This document shows, piece after piece, positions 56,161 to 64,000 of a stretch of DNA of 64,000 nt; the stretch's first letter is position 1; every line of letters begins with the position of its first letter. This DNA comes from Anthoceros angustus (Eukaryota; Plantae; Anthocerotophyta). Where the stretch lies: positions 806,001 to 870,000 of the forward strand of contig MU008174.1 of assembly GCA_010909165.1 (NCBI GenBank), written 5' to 3'. The position numbers and the translations under genes are program-made. Under the pieces are notes generated by a model, which made no database searches, was not told where the DNA came from, and was given only the letters and a program-made list of their open reading frames with translations.

Positions 56161-59100
56161 ATGCCGCATGCCTGGGGCTGCGACGTCAGGCCTTCAGGGA
56201 AGACCTGGCACAAGCTTCCTCGACTTCACGCCAGAAGCCGAAGCTCCAGGTCTGAGGACTTAGCATTACGAAATACGTATACTCACAAGTATGCGAACAT
56301 CGGTGAAGTTGGAACTGTTGTCCCACAGAAGCAGAAATAGTGATGGTGTTGAAGGCAGTCCCTGCTACAAGTTCAGACAAAAGGCATATTCTATCTGCAG
56401 GAAGGAACCTGTGCTTGGGACTCAGGCCTTACAAGAAGTGGATGACGGTGGTGCTAAGCTGAATCTGCAACCAGTAAGACTGAGGGAGTCAAAACTGGCC
56501 TTGTCTGCTGGCAAGGTCATTTGGTAAGCCTTATGTGCATCGTTGACTAGGAGTGTCTGCTTTACATGCCAAGGTCACGTGCCCTCTAAGAACCATATGC
56601 TTCTGGTTCTCTGCTAACAGGGCTGAGAGTTCGGGAGGTGGATGTGCATTGAGAAATTTTTGCGACGATGGACGGCTGGAAGGGGCATTGGATGCACTTT
56701 TGCTTATGGACCACCGTGGCATTGTGCCTTCGGTGCAGATGTATAAGAACCTTTTGCAGGCTTGCATAGCAAAGAGAGACCTGGATAAGGCCAGGAAGGT
56801 GCATGCTCATTTAGCAAAGAATGAGTTGGACTCCGACAGATCTTTGAGTGAGTGGGTTGTCAACACGCTTGTGAGTTGTGGAAGCCTTGAAGAGGGGCTG
56901 CAGGTGTTTCGGAGGTTGTTGAACCCAACTACCTTCGCTTGGACATCTCTTATCACTGGGTATACAAAGGCTGGACGATGTCGAGAGGCTTTAGCAGTGT
57001 ATCAGTGGATGCAAGAAAAGGGTGCGCGGCCAAACAAACATACGTTGGTCTGCTTACTGAAAGCTTGTGGCAAGTTGAGAGAGTTGGTTAAAGGCAGGAT
57101 GATTCATGCTAGCATAGTCAGAGACAGATGGGAGTCTGATGTATTTGTGGGCACAGCTCTGCTAGACATGTATGCAAAGTGTGGGAGCCTTTTGGACGCA
57201 CAGTATGTGTTTGACAAACTGCCTGAGCGGAACGTTGTATCCTGGAATGCCATGCTTGCGGCATATACTCAACATAACCGAGGAGAGAAGGCTTTGCAGC
57301 TATATGATCAGATGCAGGAGGAAGGTGTCTGTCCAGATGATAGGACATTTGTGAGTGTGCTTCAAGCATGCAGCAGCATCGCTGAGGAGGAGGAGGGCAT
57401 TCTATTAGATGGACATTGTCTCAAGGTCCACTCGCTGAGAAGGGGGAAGGCAGTACATGCTGCAGCTGCCCGGAGGGGATATGAGGGAGATGTATTTGTT
57501 GGTACCACTCTGGTTAGTATGTATGCAAAAAGTGGGAGCATCACAGACGCCGAGCAGCTGTTCAATCGCATGTCATCCCGCAACGTGGTCTCATGGAATG
57601 CAATGCTTTCAGGATATGCTCAGCAGGACCAAGGAGAGACGGCTTTACGACTATATCTCCAGATGCAACAGGATTTTGTCATTCCAAATGATCGGACCTT
57701 TGTTAGTGTGCTACAAGCATGTGGCAGCCTTGCAGAGAAGGAGGAAGCGTTGTTGATTGATGGGCAGTCCGTGAAAGTGAAAGCACTACGATTTGGGAAG
57801 GCAACACACGCGGAGGCTGTTTCCAAGGATCATGAATCAGATCAATTCATTTGCAACGGACTGGTCAGTATGTATGCAAAATGTGGGAGCATGGAGGATG
57901 CACAACAGCTGTTTAACAGATTCCCCAAACGGGACGTTGTGAGATGGACAGCGATGATTGATGGATATACTCAGCAGTCACTAGGAAAGAAGGCTTTACA
58001 GCTTTTTGATTTGATGTCTTCCCATGGCGTTACTCCAGATGACAGGGCCTTTATTATTGCACTCCAAGCCTGTGGAGTCCTGGCAGAAGAAGAGGATTGT
58101 TTCCTTGTGGATGGACATTCTGTGAAACTGGAGTCACTGCAAAGGGGGAAAACAATTCATGCAGCTGTTCTTCGGAGTGGTTACGAATCAGATGAATTTG
58201 TTGCTAGCACTCTTGTTAGCATGTATGCAAAATGTGGGAGAGTAGTGGATGCAAAACTTGTATTTGGAACAGTGTCCCGATGCAATGTAGTGGCATGGAC
58301 TTCAATGCTTGCAGCATACGCTCAACGGGATCAAGGAGAGAAAGCTTTGCAGCTTTACTGCCAAATGCAAGAGGCAGGCGTGAATCCAAACAACCGGACA
58401 TTTGTCAGTGTGCTCCAAGCATGCGGGAGCCTTGCTGAGAAGGAAGATTCCTCCTCTGGACATACAAAGTCCATAAAACCGGATTCGTTGATCCGGGGAA
58501 AGGCTATACATGCTGAAGTTGTTAGGAGAGGTCTTGAATCCGATATCTTTGTGGGCAACGCTCTCATCAGTATGTATGCAAAGTGTGGGAGCATGGTCGA
58601 TGCCCAGCATGTGTTTGACAGACTTCCCAAGCGCAATGTGGTGTCATGGACTGCCATGCTTTCAGGGTATGCCCAGCTGGATCAAGCAGAGAAGTCCTTG
58701 CAACAGTACGCCCAGATGCAAGCTGAAGGTTTCAAACCGACTGAGATCACATATGTGTGCATTCTGCAAGCCTGCAGCTCCATAGGAGCTCTGAACCACT
58801 GCATCGAGATCCACCGTGACATCCTGGGAAGTGGGTATGAGACTCATCCTAATGTAGCCACAGCCCTGGTTCATGCATATGCGAAGAGTGGCAGCATGTC
58901 AGCTGCTCGCGCGGTGTTTGACTCACTCCACCTGCACAGTCTCCGGTCATGGACTGCTCTACTTGCTGGATACGCCCGACATGGGCAATATGAATCCAGC
59001 CTGCAATGCTACCACGAAATGTGTCTGCAAGGCATGGAGCCAGATGGTGTCACATTCCTTTGTCTACTGTCTGCCTGCAGTCATGCTGGCCTGGTTTACC

Positions 59101-59576
59101 AAGGCTTGGAGTACTTCAGGCTCATGACCACACACCATGGCCTTGCTGCGGGCATGGAGCACTACATGTGCATCCTGGACCTTCTAGGCCGCGCAGGACT
59201 CTTCCACAAGGTAAAGGAATTACTTCTACAAATGCCCTTCCAGCCTAATCTAGATTTGTGGTTGTCTCTGCTGGGTGCCTGCCAGAAACACGGTAACGTG
59301 GTGCTCGGAAGGCATGCCTTCAACTGCGCAGTCGATTTACAGCCAAAAGACAGCGCAGCCTATGTGATCATGTCCAACCTCTATGCTCATGCTAGTATGT
59401 GGGACTCTGCAAAGGAGATAGATGAAATGAGGCAAAGTTCGGGCGCATGGAAAAAACCTGGACAGACCTGGATCGAGCACGAACAACAGGTGTACACCTT
59501 CTTGGTAGCAGACCGCAGGTATGAAGTGCTGTTTGGCTTGCTTAACGACCTCAACTGCCAGCTGAAGAACCAATAA
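56161..59576 (+). CDS. PLS-class PPR protein with long-L (LL) motifs, E1-E2 and a truncated PG box; two predicted 5' introns
   Basis: Main exon to TAA at 59576 with four L motifs carrying acidic inserts of about 14 aa. It ends WKKPGQTWIE..VYTFLVAD..KNQ*. Two phase-2 introns (near 56280-56330 and 56524-56620) link it to an R/S-rich start at ATG 56161 (start inferred). Confidence 0.9.
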
Positions 59577-59728
59577 GGTATCCAGAGACTTTTCTGCCCG
59601 GTTCACATACCCAGATATTGTGAGTCTAGGCAGATCTCGACGTAAACCCACAAATCTCTCCCTCGCTGTGTCCAGTGTATGTGATTGCCAGCCTCCGCCA
59701 TCGCCTACAGAAAGGAGATTCGCTCCCT

Positions 59729-62700
59729 TTAGTTATGCCCTGCCATAGCAAGTCCGACTGAAGGACATCCCCCGCTGTCTTTCATGTTGGCTAACAGCTG
59801 TTCTAGCCTTGCATAGATACTTTCGCTCTCAGGATGCTTGATATCCCCCACCAAAAAGCTATGCACCACGCCATCTATGTCTGTCCATAAGCTCTGGCCT
59901 GGCTCCTTCCATGCACCGATTCCTGTTCTCCTCACCTGTATCTCCTGAGCCTGCTCCCACATCTGGGCGCTGGTGTATATATTCGACATCAAGACATATG
60001 CTGCAGCATCTCTTTTGTCTAGTTTCACTGCTTCATTGAAAGCATGGCGTCCCACCTCCACATCACTCCACTTCTGACAAGCACCCAATAGAGTGCGCCA
60101 AACTGCAGCATCAGGCATTACGGGCATTGACCTTGCCAAAGATAGTGCCTCATCCATTTGCCCTGCCCGACCCAGCAGATCCACCATGGATGTGTAGTGC
60201 TCCGCTGTGGGAGTGATGCCATACTGTCCGCTCATGGCCTCAAAGTACTCCCGTGCCTTTTTCACTCGACCAGCGTGACTGCACACTGTTAGTACATTAA
60301 GGAACGTGATGCTGGCTGGCTCGACCCCATCCTGTCTCATTCTGTGGAACAAGTCTATGACCACTTCACTGTCTCCTTGACGGGTGTAGCCTGCAATCAG
60401 TGAATTCCATGCAATGGCGTCTCTTTCGGGCAATGCCTCAAATACCTGCTGGGCGTCAACCATGCTCGCAGACTTTGAATACATGTTTATCAAACTGACG
60501 GCAATAAGTCCATCACCTTGGAGTCCTTGCTCTACAATCTGTGCATGAAGCTGCCTTCCCACATGCAGACATGCCAGATCTGCACATGCCTTCAGAAGGC
60601 AGACAAATGTCGCAGAATTGGGCGGAACAACTCCTTCTTGTTGCATATAAAGGTAAAGTCGCAATGCTTCCTGCCCCATGCCCTGCTGGGAATATCCTGC
60701 AATCATGGCATTCCACGTCACCACATCTTTCTGGGGAAGCCCATCGAACATACTCTGTGCATCCTCCAAGCTACCACACTTTGCGTACATGTACACCAAA
60801 CTGTTGGTTACAGAGATATCAGCTTGAAGCCCTCGTTCTCTGATTTGTGAATGTAGCTCCTGCCCCTCCCCCAAAGCCGGGTTGCCAACACTTGCACATG
60901 CCTGAAGGAGGCACACGTATGTTACAGAATTAGGTGCAACCATGCCTTCGTGTTGCATAGCCCTGTACAGATGAAGAGCCTCCTGGCCCATACCATGGTG
61001 AGAATATCCTGCAATCATGGTATTCCAAGTCACCGCGTCTTTCTGAGGATGGCCATCAAAGGCTCTTTGAGCTTCCTCCAGGCTGCCACACTTTGCATAC
61101 ATGTCGATCAGACTGTTGGCTACAAACACATCAGCTTGAAGCCCTCGTTCTCGAATGTGTGCATGCAGGAGCCTCCCTTCCTCCAAAGCCAAAGTGCCCA
61201 TGACTGCACATGCCTGCAGGATGCACACAAATGTCGTGGAATTGGGTGCAATAGTGCCTCCTTCTCGCATAGAATTGTAAAGATATAAGGATTCCTTCAA
61301 CATACCCTGCTGGGCATATCCTGCAATCATGGTGTTCCAGGTCACAGCATCTTTCTCAGGAAGCCCATTAAAAAATCTTTGAGCGTTCTCCAAGCTGCCA
61401 CACTTAGCATATCCTGCTATCAGAGTGGTCCATAAAACAGTATTTTTTTCACTGAGTGCGTCAAACACACCTTGAGCATCCTCTGGGCTGCCACATTTTG
61501 CATACATGTTCACCAAGCTGCAGCCTACAACAACATCAATCTTAAGTCCATGTGCTACAATCTGTTCATGAAGCTGTTTCCCCATCTCCAATGCTGGGGC
61601 ACCCACACTTGCACATGCATGCAGGAGAGACCCAAATGTCACAGCGTCGGGTACAGCAATTGCTTCTTCTTGCATAGCACTAAACAGGTGAAGGGCTTCC
61701 TGTTCCATGCCCAGCTGGGAATATCCTGCTATCAGAGATGTCCACGTGATAACATCTTTCTCACCAATCCCGTCAAATACTCTTTGAGCTTCGTCCAAGC
61801 TGCCACACTTTGCATACATGTTCACCAAACTGTTGGATACAAACACATTATCTTGAAGTCCTTGCTCTCTGATTTGCTTGTGAAGCTGCTTCCCCTTTTC
61901 CAGGGTGTGTGTGCCGACACTTGCGCATGCCTGCAGGAGGCACACAAATGTCCCAGAATCAGGTGTAACAATGCCTTCTACTTCCATAGCCCTATGTAGA
62001 CCAAGGGCTGCTTGACCCATACCCTGCTGGGAGTACCCTGCTATCATGGCATTCCACGTTACCACAGTTTTCTTCCCAAGTCCATCAAACACTCGCTGAG
62101 CATCTTCGAGGCTGCCACACTTTGCATACATGTTTACCAGACTGCCACCTAACACCACATCAACCTTAAGCCCTTGTTCTCCAACCAGAGCACTGGCCAA
62201 CAAATCAGCATGCACCTGCTGCCCAGTTTCCAAGTCTGCACTCCTTGCACAAGCCTGAAGTGCTGCTACATACACGTGTCCATCAGGCTCCACCCCTGAC
62301 CTGAGCATCTCATGATACAGTCGTATGGCCGGCTTGGCCTGTCCGTGGTTCACATAGGCAGAGATCATGGAAGACCACATGAAGGCATCTGGCTTGGCAA
62401 CCACAGTAAAAACATCGATTGCCTCCTGCAACCTGCCATAAGAGGCATACATGCGCAGGATGTGGTTGCACAGGAACGTGTCCGACTTATACCCCCTTAT
62501 CACACTGAGAGCATGCACACGCCGACCTAGCACGAGATCCTTCTTTACCACACAGGTTTTTAGGACAGCAAAGAACATAGATTGAGGGACACGACATTCT
62601 GTCTGCACCAGAACTCCCAGAGCCTCAACAGCCTCAGCAACCAGCCCCTGCTGACATAGTTTGCTCAAAATTTCCACCCCTGCCAAAGATTCCCTTAAAC

Positions 62701-62881
62701 GGGCAGAATTCATTGCAAGGTTGCCGTTGCCTGATGTTTGGCATCTTGAAGTCAGCCAAGCGGACCTCTTCATTTGGTCTTTGTGATCCCACCCAGTGTT
62801 CTTCGTTGGATCCAGAAAACCTGTTGCCAGGAGCTGCCCTTGCCTTCTGTGTGGATGAAATGCAACGCGCCAGACACCCAT
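59729..62881 (-). CDS. PLS-class PPR protein, E1-E2 plus truncated WW-related end; PPR-7
   Basis: ORF of about 1050 aa with PLS triplets and one SS motif. It ends WKEPGQSLWTD..GDIKHPESESIYARL..MAGHN*. Confidence 0.95.
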   Translation of the reverse strand: MGVWRVAFHPHRRQGQLLATGFLDPTKNTGWDHKDQMKRSAWLTSRCQTSGNGNLAMNSARLRESLAGVEILSKLCQQGLVAEAVEALGVLVQTECRVPQSMFFAVLKTCVVKKDLVLGRRVHALSVIRGYKSDTFLCNHILRMYASYGRLQEAIDVFTVVAKPDAFMWSSMISAYVNHGQAKPAIRLYHEMLRSGVEPDGHVYVAALQACARSADLETGQQVHADLLASALVGEQGLKVDVVLGGSLVNMYAKCGSLEDAQRVFDGLGKKTVVTWNAMIAGYSQQGMGQAALGLHRAMEVEGIVTPDSGTFVCLLQACASVGTHTLEKGKQLHKQIREQGLQDNVFVSNSLVNMYAKCGSLDEAQRVFDGIGEKDVITWTSLIAGYSQLGMEQEALHLFSAMQEEAIAVPDAVTFGSLLHACASVGAPALEMGKQLHEQIVAHGLKIDVVVGCSLVNMYAKCGSPEDAQGVFDALSEKNTVLWTTLIAGYAKCGSLENAQRFFNGLPEKDAVTWNTMIAGYAQQGMLKESLYLYNSMREGGTIAPNSTTFVCILQACAVMGTLALEEGRLLHAHIRERGLQADVFVANSLIDMYAKCGSLEEAQRAFDGHPQKDAVTWNTMIAGYSHHGMGQEALHLYRAMQHEGMVAPNSVTYVCLLQACASVGNPALGEGQELHSQIRERGLQADISVTNSLVYMYAKCGSLEDAQSMFDGLPQKDVVTWNAMIAGYSQQGMGQEALRLYLYMQQEGVVPPNSATFVCLLKACADLACLHVGRQLHAQIVEQGLQGDGLIAVSLINMYSKSASMVDAQQVFEALPERDAIAWNSLIAGYTRQGDSEVVIDLFHRMRQDGVEPASITFLNVLTVCSHAGRVKKAREYFEAMSGQYGITPTAEHYTSMVDLLGRAGQMDEALSLARSMPVMPDAAVWRTLLGACQKWSDVEVGRHAFNEAVKLDKRDAAAYVLMSNIYTSAQMWEQAQEIQVRRTGIGAWKEPGQSLWTDIDGVVHSFLVGDIKHPESESIYARLEQLLANMKDSGGCPSVGLAMAGHN

Positions 62882-63465
62882 TGTTCGCAGCCAAAGGATA
62901 CGCTGAACATTTGAACCCAAAATCCAGCTCCAGTGCGCCAGCTGGGCTAGTTGCGCTCAAGGTAGTGTCCATGTCCAGGAGCGTTAGGAAAGAGTCCCTG
63001 ATTCCGCAATCTGAAGCCCAAGTTCTTCAAACATTCCGCAACGAAAGTAGTCCAAGCTCCCTGCTGGAGTTCCCAGACAACAATGTCAACAATTTATGGC
63101 CACAATAAAACGTAAATCATGGGTTCCGATTTACTGTTCGAGGAACCAAATCGGCCTTTCAGCAGGGAGTCATATCGGCCTTAGATCAGGAGAGCCAAAC
63201 CCAATAGCTCATTCCCAAACCCAACAGTAATACGGCCAAGGAGGACATGAGTTCATACATGAGGGACACCATGAAGTTTAATGAGTTTGAACCCACCTAC
63301 CAAATTTCATGTTCCGTGGAAGTCTCCAAGCGTGAGCTCTACGACGACACAATTTGTCGATTGTAGTATGACGCATGGTTGGTACATGAGCAGTTCCATG
63401 TAGTCCTTTGGCTAAACAGTTTGTACAAGCTGGCTTGTGGTGGATGGCATGTGGATGCTCTGGAT

Positions 63466-64000
63466 ATGCAGATGGGTGGTGGTCCTCCTACATACAACCA
63501 CTCGAGGTTACCGGATGAGGCTCACCGGTCACCAGCCGCTCACCTTGTCAGGGCTGCAGGTGCAGGATACAGAACAGGAGCTCTGACAGCGGAAACCGTG
63601 AGAAAACTGTGTCAGCAGGGGCAGGTTGCTGAGGCTGTCGAGGCTCTGGGAGTTCTGGTACAGATCGAATGTTGTTTTTCCTCATCTATCTTTTATACAG
63701 TGCTGAAAGAATGTGTGGTAGAAAGGGATGTGGTTCTGGGTCGCCGTGTCCATGCTCTCAGCGTGAAGCAGGGGTATGAGTCGGACACGTTTCTGTGCAA
63801 CCACATCCTGCGAATGTATGCCTCTCGTGGCAGGTTGGGAGAAGCGATAGATGTGTTTTTCATGTTTGACAAACCGGATGCCTTCATGTGGTCCTCCATG
63901 ATTCTTGCCCACGTTAAACAGGGACAAACTAAGAAAGCCATACAACTGTATCATCGGATGCGGAGGTCAAGTGTGCAGCCAGATCGTCATGTGTTTGTAG
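63466..64000 (+). CDS. 5' part of a further PLS-class PPR paralog (PPR-8), cut by the window end
   Basis: GYRTGALTAETVRKLCQQGQVAEAVEALGVLVQ..GYESDTFLCNHILRMYASRG..KPDAFMWSSMI is the same N-terminal cap as in the WW paralogs. The frame is open from 63367. Confidence 0.9.
   Translation, partial: MQMGGGPPTYNHSRLPDEAHRSPAAHLVRAAGAGYRTGALTAETVRKLCQQGQVAEAVEALGVLVQIECCFSSSIFYTVLKECVVERDVVLGRRVHALSVKQGYESDTFLCNHILRMYASRGRLGEAIDVFFMFDKPDAFMWSSMILAHVKQGQTKKAIQLYHRMRRSSVQPDRHVFV

Noticed and set aside
26610-62530. Numerous 60-340 aa ORFs antisense to or in alternative frames of the PPR genes
   Set aside because: They are shadows of the repetitive PLS codon pattern and recur with the 312-bp period.

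Overview
Compact land-plant nuclear DNA with 55-110 bp GT-AG introns. A hornwort-like lineage is inferred, not proven, from gene density and the PPR classes present. The left part (1-26 kb) carries housekeeping genes and relics: SDH7, tRNA-His, an unprocessed VPS45 pseudogene, a VCCN/bestrophin-like channel, a PLAC8/CNR gene, LINE 3' remnants, a Plavaka-type transposase relic, an intronless UNC-93-like MFS gene and REV3 (DNA polymerase zeta). The right part (26.5-64 kb) is an island of eight PLS-class PPR RNA-editing-factor genes in mixed orientation. Five complete genes are WW-box types that stop before the deaminase HxE motif, and a sixth related gene is cut by the window edge. One gene has long-L motifs and a truncated PG box. 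One gene has a complete DYW:KP deaminase (HAEKLA, CxxC, unusual DNQ end), a candidate U-to-C editor. A tRNA-Glu, a DRM1/ARP gene, a putative small secreted Cys protein and a tandem-repeat mosaic are interspersed. The main lead is a locus that combines all three editing-factor C-terminal classes, with triplet shuffling among paralogs and possible in-trans deaminase sharing.
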